NCBI GenBank assembly: GCA_963526985.1
Contig: CAURPW010000004.1
Location: forward strand, 79,480-143,479
Length of the DNA stretch: 64,000 nucleotides
Source of the DNA: an uncultured Campylobacter sp.
GTDB taxonomy: Bacteria > Campylobacterota > Campylobacteria > Campylobacterales > Campylobacteraceae
Direction of reading: 5' to 3'
Shown: positions 42,883 to 52,635 of the stretch, piece by piece
How the letters are laid out: each line of letters starts with the position of its first letter
Position numbering within the stretch: the stretch's first letter is position 1
Notes under the pieces: generated by a model
What the model saw: only the letters and a program-made list of their open reading frames with translations
Told to the model about the DNA's origin: nothing
Database searches by the model: none
Translations under genes and position numbers: made by a program

Positions 42883-45039
42883 TTACAAAATATCTCTTTG
42901 GCCTTTTGCGTTTACCGGGCTTAGCACGCCCATTTGCTCCATCTGCTCGATGATCGTAGCGGCACGGTTATAGCCGATTTTTAGGCGGCGTTGCAGATAG
43001 CTGATCGAGGTTTTTTGCTCGCTTAGAACGATCTCTTTGGCCTCTTCGTAGAGCTCGTCTAGCTCGCCCGCGATCGCGGTACCGCCGCCTGCGCCGCCGC
43101 TAGCGCCCTCCTCTGCTAAAAATCTCTCGTCGTAGACTACCTCTTGCTGCGCTTTTAGGAAATTTACTATCGTGTCGATCTCTTTTTCGCTAGCAAAGGG
43201 CGCATGCAGTCTGATGACGCCGGGACTTCCCGGAGGCGTAAATAGCATATCGCCGCGTCCTAGCAGGCTCTCCGCGCCCATTTGATCTAGGATTACCTTG
43301 CTATCGATGCGCTGACCGACGAGGTAGCTGATGCGGCTAGGTAAATTTGCCTTGATTAGCCCCGTCACGACGTCCACGCTAGGGCGCTGGGTGGCGACGA
43401 TGAGATGTATGCCGCTGGCCCTGGCCATCTGCGCCAGACGCCCGATATATAGCTCCACGTCCTTGCCGCTAGTCATCATGAGATCGGCTAGCTCGTCGAT
43501 GATAACGACGATGTAGGGAAACTGCTCGCCGCCTTCTTCTTTCATCTTTTCGTTGTAGCTTTCGATGTTTTTGGTGCGAGTGTGGCTCATGATTTTATAG
43601 CGGCGCTCCATCTCGGCGACCATGTTTGATAGCGCCGTGATAGCCTGCTTAGCCTGCGTGATGACGGGCGTTAGTAGGTGCGGGATGTCATTATAGATGC
43701 TAAATTCCAGCATCTTTGGATCTATCATCATTAGGCGCAGAGTCTGCGGACTGTTGCGATATAGCAAGCTTAGCAGCATCGCGTTTATACCTACGCTCTT
43801 ACCCGAGCCTGTCGTTCCAGCGATTAGCAGATGAGGCAGCTTTTTTAGATCGGTGATAAAGGGCGCGCCGACGATATCCTTGCCTAGCGCGATAGTTAGC
43901 GGACTGCTTGAGTTTTTGAAAACTTCGCTATCTAAAATTTCTTTTAGATAGATGGTTTCGATATTTTGGTTAGGCACCTCGATGCCTACGACGTCCTTGC
44001 CCGGTATGGGCGCTTGGATGCGGATGGTCTGCGCGCGCAGAGCCATAGCTAGATCGTCTTGCAGTGTTAAAATTTTACTTACCTTGATATGCGGCGCAGG
44101 GCGAAACTCAAACGTCGTAACGATCGGCCCCGTATAGGTGCGCACGACGTCGCCGTCTATTTTAAATTTACGCAGTTTATCGAGCAGATCGGATATCTTT
44201 TGATCGATTTCGGCTTCGTTTACGCTGTTTGAGCGTCTCGGCGGATCGGCTAAAAATTTAAGCGGCGGCAACGCAAAATTCTTAGGCTTTTCAACCTTGC
44301 CTTTTTCGATTTGTTCGAGTAGTTTTTTGTTTTCGGCGACTTCGTTTAGGATCTCGACGCCGTTTATAGTAACCGCCCCCGTCTCGTTAGCTTCTAAATT
44401 TAACTCGCCTTCATCTGATTCGTCTGATTCGTCGTTACCGAAATCTTGCGCTTCATCTTCTAAATTTTCATTATTTTCATCACCCAAATTCGCCTCGTTC
44501 ATTGTTTTTTGCTTTTTGATTCGTTTAGGTTTTTTTTGCGATTTGGGCTTAAGCTCGTCCACGTTTTCAAATTTATATTCGTTGGCGCTAGGTTCTACAA
44601 AGGCCTTTTTTAGGATAGCTAGGATGTTATCTTGCGCGATGAGACCAAAGCTAAGCACGAAAAGCATCACGATAAAAACCCACATACCTATCACGCCGAT
44701 AACGTCTTTTAGTGCCTCGTTTGCGCTATTTGCGACTAGTCCGCCGTAAATAGCATTTGAGCCTGATTGAAACATCAAAAACGCTAAAAAAAGCAGCGCC
44801 GCTCCGAGCGCGGTTTGGGCGAATTTCGCGTCAAAGCCGTCAAAATATTTGTAAATATAATACGCAAAAAATATAAAAACAAACGGATAAACGTAAGCTA
44901 TAAAACCAAAAAGCTTGAAGTTCCAAAGCCCGATCGCGTTGCCCAAGCTCCCGACGAAATTTGCCGCAGGCGCTATGGTAGCAATCCCGAAAAATATCAA
45001 AAAACAAACGACTATAACTAAAACCGATTCTCTTAAAAT
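42883..45039 (-). CDS. ftsK: DNA translocase FtsK
   Basis: PHLLIAGTTGSGKS, IIDELADLM, ATQRPS, gamma domain LQRRLKIGYNRAA. Start placed at ATT 45039 (uncertain; first TTG is 45000). Confidence 0.95.
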   Translation of the reverse strand: MLRESVLVIVVCFLIFFGIATIAPAANFVGSLGNAIGLWNFKLFGFIAYVYPFVFIFFAYYIYKYFDGFDAKFAQTALGAALLFLAFLMFQSGSNAIYGGLVANSANEALKDVIGVIGMWVFIVMLFVLSFGLIAQDNILAILKKAFVEPSANEYKFENVDELKPKSQKKPKRIKKQKTMNEANLGDENNENLEDEAQDFGNDESDESDEGELNLEANETGAVTINGVEILNEVAENKKLLEQIEKGKVEKPKNFALPPLKFLADPPRRSNSVNEAEIDQKISDLLDKLRKFKIDGDVVRTYTGPIVTTFEFRPAPHIKVSKILTLQDDLAMALRAQTIRIQAPIPGKDVVGIEVPNQNIETIYLKEILDSEVFKNSSSPLTIALGKDIVGAPFITDLKKLPHLLIAGTTGSGKSVGINAMLLSLLYRNSPQTLRLMMIDPKMLEFSIYNDIPHLLTPVITQAKQAITALSNMVAEMERRYKIMSHTRTKNIESYNEKMKEEGGEQFPYIVVIIDELADLMMTSGKDVELYIGRLAQMARASGIHLIVATQRPSVDVVTGLIKANLPSRISYLVGQRIDSKVILDQMGAESLLGRGDMLFTPPGSPGVIRLHAPFASEKEIDTIVNFLKAQQEVVYDERFLAEEGASGGAGGGTAIAGELDELYEEAKEIVLSEQKTSISYLQRRLKIGYNRAATIIEQMEQMGVLSPVNAKGQRDIL

Positions 45040-45177
45040 GGCGCGTCCTTTAAATTCTGTAAATTTAAATTTGCGGGAGGGCTAATTTTAGAGCCGAATT
45101 TATCAAATTTGACCCCATTTTCGCTCCGCCCGCTTTGATAACGAAACTTTAATAAAACGGTAGATTATAGCGAGTTT

Positions 45178-47427
45178 TTACATATAGTTTAATAACGAGA
45201 GCTGGTTTATCTTAGCCACGGACTGTAGCATCGCCTGATACGACATCATTTTTTGCATGAGATTCATATAGGTTTCGCCGTAGTCGGCATTCGTGATATC
45301 AGCCTTGACGGTTTTTACGTTTACTTCCATGACGCTAGCATGCGTGTTGGTTTGCGTTAGCGTGTTTGTTTGGTTGCCTACTTTGGTATAGATTTTATTT
45401 ACGTGATCGGCGATATGGTCTAGTCTCTCGATCGCGCCTTGGATACCGGAGTTACGCAGATACTCACCCTCGCTATCGGCGCGGTACTGACCGCTCCTAA
45501 CAGCCTCTATCATCCTATCTAAATCCGCAAAAATATCCACGCTCGGGCTATCTATCTCGATACCGTTGTTTGCCGAAAAGCTCCACAGCGAACCTTCTCC
45601 TTGCCTTGTCGCAGGAGTCGTACCCGTGCTATCGCCCGCAAATTTATCGGCATTTCCGCTATCGTAGATACCTACTTTTATCGGCGTGACGGCGTTTTGC
45701 TTATCGGTTACTTTTATGCGGCCTCTATGGTCCATATTTGCTTCGACGCTACCTTGCGAATTTGCGATAGCTTGCTTGTAGGCGACATAATCGGCCGGAG
45801 CACTACCGCCGGTACCCGCAGGAACATTGTCGCTAGCGACCATACCTATGATATCGTTTAGCTGTCTAAAAGTCATATTTTTTGACTGAGTATCTATACC
45901 TTCGGTAGTTGGCGGGTTTGTAGTATCGTTATAAAAGCTATCCCAAACCTTCGTCGTATACGTAGTTCCGTCCGGCCTGGTGATTTCCACCGTGGCGTCG
46001 CCTGAAGCCGTCGGAGGAGAGCCTGCGCCGAATTTTACGTCTACTTTATAGTTTCCGCCGCTTCTGGATTTTATCTGCATTTTTAGAGTTTGGTCGTTTA
46101 TGTTGTACTTATCTCGTTCGCCGTCGTATAAATTTTTAGCTCCGACGACTTGGCTTAGAGTCGTGTTATCGTCGGCGAATTTACCGCTGCCGTGCTCTAC
46201 TTGAGATACGGTGCCTACTAGATTTCTGCCCTCTTGCTTTAAATTTATCTTGTCGTAGTCGTAGGCGTTCGTGACGGCGCCGCCTAGGTCTTCGTATTTG
46301 CTCTTGACAAATTCCGTGATTTCATAGTCGCTAGGGTTTGCGCGTACCTTAGCCTCAAGCGAGTTTGCGCCGCTAGTTAGGCTATCGACCGAGTCAAACT
46401 CGCCTGAGGCGGCGCTAATGTTAGCAGCCGTCAGATCCTCTGCCTTATTTAGTTTTTTCGTCGCCGCTATCATGTGAAAATCGATAACCTGATTGCCTTT
46501 GCTTAGGTCTTTTACGTTGATTTGGCCTTGGTTGTTTATCGTTACTTCAACGACTTTATTAGTCGGCGTATTGCCGTATTCGGTGCCGATTTTTTCTAGC
46601 AGATCGTTTATCGAGGCGTCCGACGTCATCTTAAATTTACTCGTAAAGCTCGTACCGTTTGGTTTTTTGCCCTGCAAGAAAAAAGTAGTCTTTTGAAACT
46701 CTCGCGCGCCGGTGCCCGTGAAATCTTGATTAGTTAGAGTCTTTTCGTCTTTTACGTATTTAAAGCCGATTAGGTCGCGCATTTTATGCTCGCTATCGAT
46801 ATAAACGGTCTTGTTTCTGTCGTCTAAATTTTGAGCTTTTAGCATCGTGTTGGAGGTGATTTTTTTATTATAATCGCCGTCTTTGCCTAGAAACAGCTCC
46901 TGCCCGTTTTGGTTGTAGGTCAAATTTACCTGGGCTCCGCCTACGGCTTTCATCGCCTGCGCATTGCCGAAATACTCATTCGTATCGCCGTTTATAGGTT
47001 TTGTATTTATCGCGCTTCCGGCAAACAAAAACTGCCCGTTTATCGAGGTGTTGGCGATATTTACCAGGTGATTTTTGATACCTTGAAGGTCGTTTGCGAT
47101 GGCTTCTCGCGAAGTTTGCGAGTGGATTTCATTGGCGCCTTGAACCAGCTTTGTTTTAAAATTTTCAAGCTGCTGCTTAAATTCGCCCAAAGCCTTGTCG
47201 GTATTTTTTGAAAAGTGCTGCGCCTTAGACGTCGCCGTTTGCACTTGCTCAAGCGTCGCAACCTCATAATCAAGCCTCATGCCGTCGTTATAAACGCTGC
47301 TATCCTCGAAAGAATTTTGGATTTTTAGACCGCTTGAAATTTGCGTGTTTAGCTTGTGTAGTGCTTTCATATTTGTCTGATAGTCGTAGTTATTCGTAAA
47401 TTTCATCAACTGATTCGTCATTCTCAT
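45178..47427 (-). CDS. flgL: flagellar hook-associated protein FlgL
   Basis: MRMTNQ...QISSGLKI, NTSINGQFLFAG, C-terminal QLSLLNYM; AAGGA RBS before ATG 47427. Confidence 0.94.
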   Translation of the reverse strand: MRMTNQLMKFTNNYDYQTNMKALHKLNTQISSGLKIQNSFEDSSVYNDGMRLDYEVATLEQVQTATSKAQHFSKNTDKALGEFKQQLENFKTKLVQGANEIHSQTSREAIANDLQGIKNHLVNIANTSINGQFLFAGSAINTKPINGDTNEYFGNAQAMKAVGGAQVNLTYNQNGQELFLGKDGDYNKKITSNTMLKAQNLDDRNKTVYIDSEHKMRDLIGFKYVKDEKTLTNQDFTGTGAREFQKTTFFLQGKKPNGTSFTSKFKMTSDASINDLLEKIGTEYGNTPTNKVVEVTINNQGQINVKDLSKGNQVIDFHMIAATKKLNKAEDLTAANISAASGEFDSVDSLTSGANSLEAKVRANPSDYEITEFVKSKYEDLGGAVTNAYDYDKINLKQEGRNLVGTVSQVEHGSGKFADDNTTLSQVVGAKNLYDGERDKYNINDQTLKMQIKSRSGGNYKVDVKFGAGSPPTASGDATVEITRPDGTTYTTKVWDSFYNDTTNPPTTEGIDTQSKNMTFRQLNDIIGMVASDNVPAGTGGSAPADYVAYKQAIANSQGSVEANMDHRGRIKVTDKQNAVTPIKVGIYDSGNADKFAGDSTGTTPATRQGEGSLWSFSANNGIEIDSPSVDIFADLDRMIEAVRSGQYRADSEGEYLRNSGIQGAIERLDHIADHVNKIYTKVGNQTNTLTQTNTHASVMEVNVKTVKADITNADYGETYMNLMQKMMSYQAMLQSVAKINQLSLLNYM

Positions 47428-47460
47428 CGCATTTTCCTTAAATTTAATCAAACTCTTGCA

Positions 47461-47476
47461 AGCAAATAAAGTTCCA
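47461..47476 (-). promoter_or_regulatory. sigma54 promoter of flgL
   Basis: Minus strand TGGAAC-TTTAT-TTGCT. Confidence 0.85.
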
Positions 47477-47546
47477 CTCGCTATATCGTCAAATTTCAAA
47501 ATTTATTTAGTTTTAGATATGATTTTGCCAAATTTAAGGAGCATAA

Positions 47547-48284
47547 ATGAAAATACTCTTTTCGCCTAGCGAAGCCAAAACCGCCGTAAGTCCAAATAAA
47601 TTTATAGATAGAGGCGACTTTATTTTTCCGAATTTATATGAGAAACGGTGCGAAATTTTAAAAATCTACGATGATTTTTTACAAACGGCTGCCATTGAAA
47701 AAATCTCAAAACTTTTTGGCGTGAAAAATTTGACCGATGAGCCGAGCTTGCGCGAAAGCCTCTTTAAAAAAGGCGCGGTAAAAGCCGTTCTGCGCTACGA
47801 CGGAGTAGCCTACAAGCACCTTGACTACCGCAGCCTTGATAGCGTGGCGCAGGATTTTATAGATAAAAATACGCTGATTTTTTCAAATTTATTCGGCCCC
47901 GTGACTGCGGCGGATATGCTGCCTGAATACAAACTAAAGCAAGGCGAGCGCATAGAAGGGTTAAATTTGGAGGAGTTTTATAGGCAAAATTTTAGCGGCA
48001 AGATAGATGAGTGGCTGGGAGATGATGATATTTTAGACCTTAGGGCTGAGTTTTACGAGAAATTTTACCGCATACAAAAGCCGTTTGCGACTTTTAAATT
48101 TCTAAAAAACGGTAAAGTCGTCAGCCACTATGCCAAAGCTTACCGCGGGATAGTTTTGAGGCAAGTAGCGCAAAACGGAGTGAAAAATTTTGACGAGCTT
48201 TGTAAAATGGACATAGAAAATTTGCGCCTCATAGACGTCAAAAAAACGGGGCCAAAAAGCGAATTTTTGGTGCAAATCATCTAA
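47547..48284 (+). CDS. YaaA family protein
   Basis: ILFSPSEAK, RYDGVAY, VSHYAKAYRG. Confidence 0.85.
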   Translation: MKILFSPSEAKTAVSPNKFIDRGDFIFPNLYEKRCEILKIYDDFLQTAAIEKISKLFGVKNLTDEPSLRESLFKKGAVKAVLRYDGVAYKHLDYRSLDSVAQDFIDKNTLIFSNLFGPVTAADMLPEYKLKQGERIEGLNLEEFYRQNFSGKIDEWLGDDDILDLRAEFYEKFYRIQKPFATFKFLKNGKVVSHYAKAYRGIVLRQVAQNGVKNFDELCKMDIENLRLIDVKKTGPKSEFLVQII

Positions 48285-48405
48285 AATTCGTCGTTTTTTG
48301 CCGAATTTACGTAAAAATCGTTAAATTTTCGGCTAAAAACTATTGTATTTTTTTAAAAAACGTTGTAAAATGCGCGCATATCACTTCATTATTAAGGATT
48401 ATTCC

Positions 48406-48708
48406 ATGAAAAAAGCTGATTTCATTCAAGCTGTCGCCGATAAGGCCGGTCTTTCTAAAAAAGATTCTCTAAAGGCGGTTGATGCTGCGCTAGAAACCAT
48501 TGAAGAGGTTCTTAAAAATGGCGATAGCATTAGCTTCATAGGCTTTGGTACATTCGGTACTGCAGAAAGAGCCGCTAGAAAAGCTAGAGTGCCTGGAACA
48601 GACAGAACCATCGATGTTCCTGCTAGCAAAGCAGTTAAATTTAAAGTCGGCAAAAAACTAAAAGAAGCCGTCGTAGCAGGCGCAGGCAAAAAAACTAAAA
48701 AGAAATAA
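48406..48708 (+). CDS. hup: HU DNA-binding protein
   Basis: MKKADFI, FIGFGTF, RAARKARVP, KFKVGKKLKEAV; AAGGA RBS. Confidence 0.96.
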   Translation: MKKADFIQAVADKAGLSKKDSLKAVDAALETIEEVLKNGDSISFIGFGTFGTAERAARKARVPGTDRTIDVPASKAVKFKVGKKLKEAVVAGAGKKTKKK

Positions 48709-48717
48709 TTTCTTTTT

Positions 48718-48751
48718 TATGGAAGCTTAAATTTGAGCTTCCATATTTTTT
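48718..48751 (+). terminator. intrinsic terminator of hup
   Basis: TATGGAAGCT / AGCTTCCATA stem around TAAATTTG, followed by T tract. Confidence 0.8.
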
Positions 48752-48795
48752 AATCTCTTTTTTATATCTTTCAAGGTAAAATTTCGATTTTCTTA

Positions 48796-48882
48796 GCCCG
48801 AGTGGTGAAACTGGTAGACGCGCCAGACTCAAAATCTGGTAAGGGCAACCTTGTGTCGGTTCGAGTCCGACCTCGGGCACCA
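48796..48882 (+). tRNA. tRNA-Leu (CAA)
   Basis: GCCCGAG acceptor, CCAGA-CT-CAA-AA-TCTGG anticodon arm, long variable arm, GGTTCGAGTCC, CCA end. Confidence 0.97.
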
Positions 48883-48883
48883 T
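48869..48883 (+). repeat. attL core
   Basis: GACCTCGGGCACCAT at the tRNA 3' end. Confidence 0.85.
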
Positions 48884-49091
48884 TATACAAAAAATGATCC
48901 CAAAATATTCGTATTAAGAAGTCCAATCAAATACCGAAATAGACGCATATACTAAACAAAAATATCATTGTCAATATAGCTAATTCGATAACTATCGTAT
49001 TAGTAGATATTGACAAAATTTAATGATATTTTTGCCTATTTTGAATACAAAACTTCCAAACTTTTTATAATTAAGTAAAAAGGACGAAAAC

Positions 49092-50363
49092 ATGAAACGA
49101 ATCATGTCTTTATCGGAAGTTGATCAATGGATCGAGAAACAATCAAACGATCGGGATTACACGATTAGGAAAAGAATCCCCGGTTATGAAGCTTTTCGCC
49201 TCGAAATAGGCTCTAAGCTCAAACAGAGAAAGTCTATCAGACTATATTGGAACGATAACGGAAAGGTTAGTTATCCTTTGCTAGGGATATACCCTTATGT
49301 AAAATTTGAAGAGGCTTTTCGGAAATTTGCCGATTTTGCGGGAAACAAGGATAGAGCCGAAAAACCTAGAGCAATACGTTTATTTAAGGATATTTGGATT
49401 GAATTCGTTAATGAAAATCCCCTAAGCTTCAAACAAAAAACGATCGATTCTTATAGAAAACGAACGAATCGTCATATCCTAAGCACGAGTATAGCGGATA
49501 TGGATATCGCCGACATTACTCTCGATGACCTAAAAATCGAAATATTTTCAAAAAATAAGAAGCAACCTGCTACAAACGTAAAACTTTTCTATATTCTCCG
49601 AAATATCCTAAAATTTGCGACCGAGAAGGGATATTTAAAAAACGATATACTCGAGAATTTTGTCTTTTCGGACTCGTATGAAGCTCCGTGCAAGACGAAT
49701 ACTCAATCTCATTCAAAAATCGTCAATAAGTTAGATCTTAAAAATTTTCTAGAATCGGTATCTAATGCAAAGATTAGCGTAAAGAAGAAAATTCTAATAT
49801 TCTTTGCGCTCGAAACAGCGCTTAGATCGATGAATTTGTTCGATCTGAAATGGAAAGATATCGATTTCGAAAAAAACCGTATATACATAGGTAAGGAAAG
49901 AATGAAGGGCGAGCTCCGAACGGAAAAATCTCGCCAAGACTTTATTTTACCTTTGTCGAATACCATGATCAGCTTATTAATGAGACTTCGAGAGTTAGAA
50001 AAAATCAAGAATTCCGATTTAAAGAAACGCGTATTCGACGGTATCGGCGATCAACCAATGAATGATCTATTAAGAAAACTTGCGGGCATAACAAAACACG
50101 GACTTCGCGGAACTTTCAAAACTCATGTCATGAAAGGTATCAAGGATCATAGAACTCCTAATTTCATCATCGAAATGTACATGTCTCATATACCCGATAT
50201 GACAAAAGTCGAAGCTTCCTACTTTGAAGCAAACTACAAGGATGACGAGAATCAGAAAATGATGAGAGAACTTGCAGAATGGTGGAATGACTACCTTCTA
50301 AAATTGTTTGATTTTAAAAAAATTCTATTAAATGAAGGAGAAAATGATGCATTATCATTGTGA
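49092..50363 (+). CDS. tyrosine recombinase/integrase
   Basis: Catalytic residues in order: TALR, MK, HGLR, MSH, ASY; N-terminal LGIYP arm-binding-like motif. Confidence 0.92.
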   Translation: MKRIMSLSEVDQWIEKQSNDRDYTIRKRIPGYEAFRLEIGSKLKQRKSIRLYWNDNGKVSYPLLGIYPYVKFEEAFRKFADFAGNKDRAEKPRAIRLFKDIWIEFVNENPLSFKQKTIDSYRKRTNRHILSTSIADMDIADITLDDLKIEIFSKNKKQPATNVKLFYILRNILKFATEKGYLKNDILENFVFSDSYEAPCKTNTQSHSKIVNKLDLKNFLESVSNAKISVKKKILIFFALETALRSMNLFDLKWKDIDFEKNRIYIGKERMKGELRTEKSRQDFILPLSNTMISLLMRLRELEKIKNSDLKKRVFDGIGDQPMNDLLRKLAGITKHGLRGTFKTHVMKGIKDHRTPNFIIEMYMSHIPDMTKVEASYFEANYKDDENQKMMRELAEWWNDYLLKLFDFKKILLNEGENDALSL

Positions 50364-51462
50364 TCCATGGGAGTATATGGGGGCCGATGTCGGAAGTTTG
50401 CCCCCTCTAGAAATTGACAATGAAGCAATTATATCGGATAATAGCTTAACTGTCAATGATGCTAACAACAATAAAACCAACAAGCTTTGGAGCGGAAGCC
50501 TCGACGTAAAAAACGAGCATAAACCCGAACCGACTGAGGATGTCGTGCCATTTTGCGTCGTTAAGAACACGATCACAAACCTTTTCGCCCCTGCCGGATC
50601 GGGAAAATCTTTCCTTGCCGTAGCGATCGCGCGAACCGCATTGTTCACTGATCGAGTCAAAGAAGTTTGGTGCATCGATGGTGACAACTCGCTTAGAACG
50701 GTATTCCAACGTGATATACTCGCAATTACGAAAGAAAATAAGAACTTTCACTACGTCAACCTTAATAATCCTCATATATCGCAAATTTCGGGTATTGATT
50801 TGGTAAAACAGCAGATCATAGCTTCCAAACGCGATCTAACCGATGTTTTAATCGTGTTCGACAGTTTAAAAGACTTCACAGCAAACTATGACATCATGAA
50901 GGACTCCGATATGCGGGAATTTTTCGGTCTGTTTATGACGATTCGAGACTTTCAACATGCGAGCATAATTTTCCTAAGCCATACCAACAAAGCCGGAGAA
51001 ACCTACAAGGGATCGACAAGCGTCATAGATTCGATCGAAACCGCATATCTCGTTCATCCGAAAAACAAGGGAGACGACGCGAAGAAATCGGGATATTTGG
51101 ACTATTATCTCGAAGGCGTCAAAGCTCGAGAAGGATGCATGTGTGTATGGGTTCGCGTTGATGCAATATCTAAACATATACAAGTTGAAGGCATCGATTA
51201 TCAGGGCTATGAAAAAGAACGAGATCAGCAATATATCGAGAAAATTGCGATCACTATACGAAACAATCCCGGAATTTGTCATAAAGAGCTAGCAAAGAAG
51301 CTAAGACGAAATAAAAAAGATAAAAGACTCATAAAAATACTAAACGAATTTACGGGGAATTTTTGGAGTCTAAAAATCAGAAATAAAAAGAAATGCTACT
51401 TCTATAATGAAAAGCTAGCCCTTCAATCGCTATACGAAAGGAAAAACAAGAATGTGTTCTAA
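50344..51462 (+). CDS. AAA/RecA-fold ATPase (RepA helicase-like) with C-terminal HTH-like region
   Basis: Walker A APAGSGKS, Walker B IVFDSL, LSHTNK...YKGS; tail NPGICHKELAKKL; AAGGAG RBS. Confidence 0.8.
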   Translation: MMHYHCDPWEYMGADVGSLPPLEIDNEAIISDNSLTVNDANNNKTNKLWSGSLDVKNEHKPEPTEDVVPFCVVKNTITNLFAPAGSGKSFLAVAIARTALFTDRVKEVWCIDGDNSLRTVFQRDILAITKENKNFHYVNLNNPHISQISGIDLVKQQIIASKRDLTDVLIVFDSLKDFTANYDIMKDSDMREFFGLFMTIRDFQHASIIFLSHTNKAGETYKGSTSVIDSIETAYLVHPKNKGDDAKKSGYLDYYLEGVKAREGCMCVWVRVDAISKHIQVEGIDYQGYEKERDQQYIEKIAITIRNNPGICHKELAKKLRRNKKDKRLIKILNEFTGNFWSLKIRNKKKCYFYNEKLALQSLYERKNKNVF

Positions 51463-51580
51463 AAACACTACCTATTTTTCAAAAAAGACTACCTATCTGG
51501 AGCAAAAAGACTACCTATTTTTGAAAAAACACTACCTATTTTCAAAAAAACACTACCTATCTGAGGCAAAAACACTACCT
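51461..51580 (+). repeat. six iteron-like direct repeats
   Basis: AAAAA(C/G)ACTACCT, ACTACCT cores at 51467, 51488, 51510, 51531, 51552, 51574. Confidence 0.93.
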
Positions 51581-51686
51581 GATGGTCTAGTTTTCATTAA
51601 TAATACATTTAAAAAAGCGGTTAGAATATCGTATTTATCGGTATTCTTTAAAAACAGTTTCATTTACTTTTATAAAAGGAGGGAAA

Positions 51687-51986
51687 ATGAAAAAAATAAG
51701 TGACAAATTGCTAGAACAAACGTTAAAAGATTTTGTAGAAATTGATGATTTAACATACATCAAAGATCGATGCTTTGCGGTGATCTTTAAAACCGAGATG
51801 TCGGTAAAAAAGTATGTCGAATTTATCAAGAAGACTTTCGAATTTGAGGTATCCGTTTCTACGGTTAGAGAATGGAGAGCTGAATTTGATGAGAAAAATA
51901 AAGTTCAAAAGGAAAAACCGGAAGATCATCAAAACGAGGCAATTAGCGATGGCGATATTAGTCAGCAACAATCAAACGGAAACTAA
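51687..51986 (+). CDS. small hypothetical protein, possible HTH
   Basis: AAAGGAGG RBS; VSVSTVREWR resembles a recognition helix. Confidence 0.7.
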   Translation: MKKISDKLLEQTLKDFVEIDDLTYIKDRCFAVIFKTEMSVKKYVEFIKKTFEFEVSVSTVREWRAEFDEKNKVQKEKPEDHQNEAISDGDISQQQSNGN

Positions 51987-52561
51987 CCTAAGCGGGGAGA
52001 CTCTCCTCGCTTCTAGTTCTCTTGAAAATTCGATCTCTGAAGCTAGAAATTTGTCGATTGAGCTTGATCAAAAATCAGCAAATTTAAAGGCAAAATTCGA
52101 GGAAATTAAAACGGAAACCAATGTGACTTTAACTCAGGTTTTTGCAAAAATGGATGCTAAAGAAACCGCTTTCACGAACAGCATAAACAGATCTGCGGAT
52201 AACGCTGTGAACAAGATATCCAAATCAGTAAACGAGTTAAAGCAAGGTGCGGACTTGGTTAAAAATATTTGGATTATTCCTCAAGCGATTATGATACATG
52301 TAATTTTGTTTATCGTTGAATTAGCGTTTGTTTTATGGATCTGCTTACCTGTAATCAATCAATCAAGCAAGAAAGACATTAAGTAATAACGAGCAAATTA
52401 TAAAAATATCTCTTGAACGAAAACAAGAAAACGAAAAATTGCTTCGAGAAAATCAAGGCTTAAACGACGAGCTTATAAGCCTAAACGGATTTGTTAATGC
52501 TATTTTCAAAGACAAAGAAAAGGCTAGACGTGAATATCAAAAATGGAAATCTTATAATTAA
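51949..52561 (+). pseudogene. coiled-coil/TM protein split by a 4-bp duplication
   Basis: Frame stops at 52386; deleting one AATC of three (52353-52364) gives ...PVINQARKTLSNNEQ...KWKSYN* ending 52561. Confidence 0.7.
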
Positions 52562-52580
52562 TTTGATTATAGAAGAATTT

Positions 52581-52635
52581 AGCGTGACACATATTCGTAT
52601 ATACACTTCGTGTATATACGAATATGTGTCACGCT
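52581..52635. repeat. 26-bp perfect inverted repeat, candidate oriT
   Basis: AGCGTGACACATATTCGTATATACAC-TTC-GTGTATATACGAATATGTGTCACGCT upstream of mobC. Confidence 0.88.

Noticed and set aside
48695..48883. 62-aa minus-strand ORF
   Set aside because: Antisense shadow of tRNA-Leu.
51461..51580. Repeat array as a CRISPR
   Set aside because: Period 21-22 bp, no unique spacers, no cas genes.
51452..51703. 83-aa ORF
   Set aside because: Simply translates the iteron array (repeated KKxYL).
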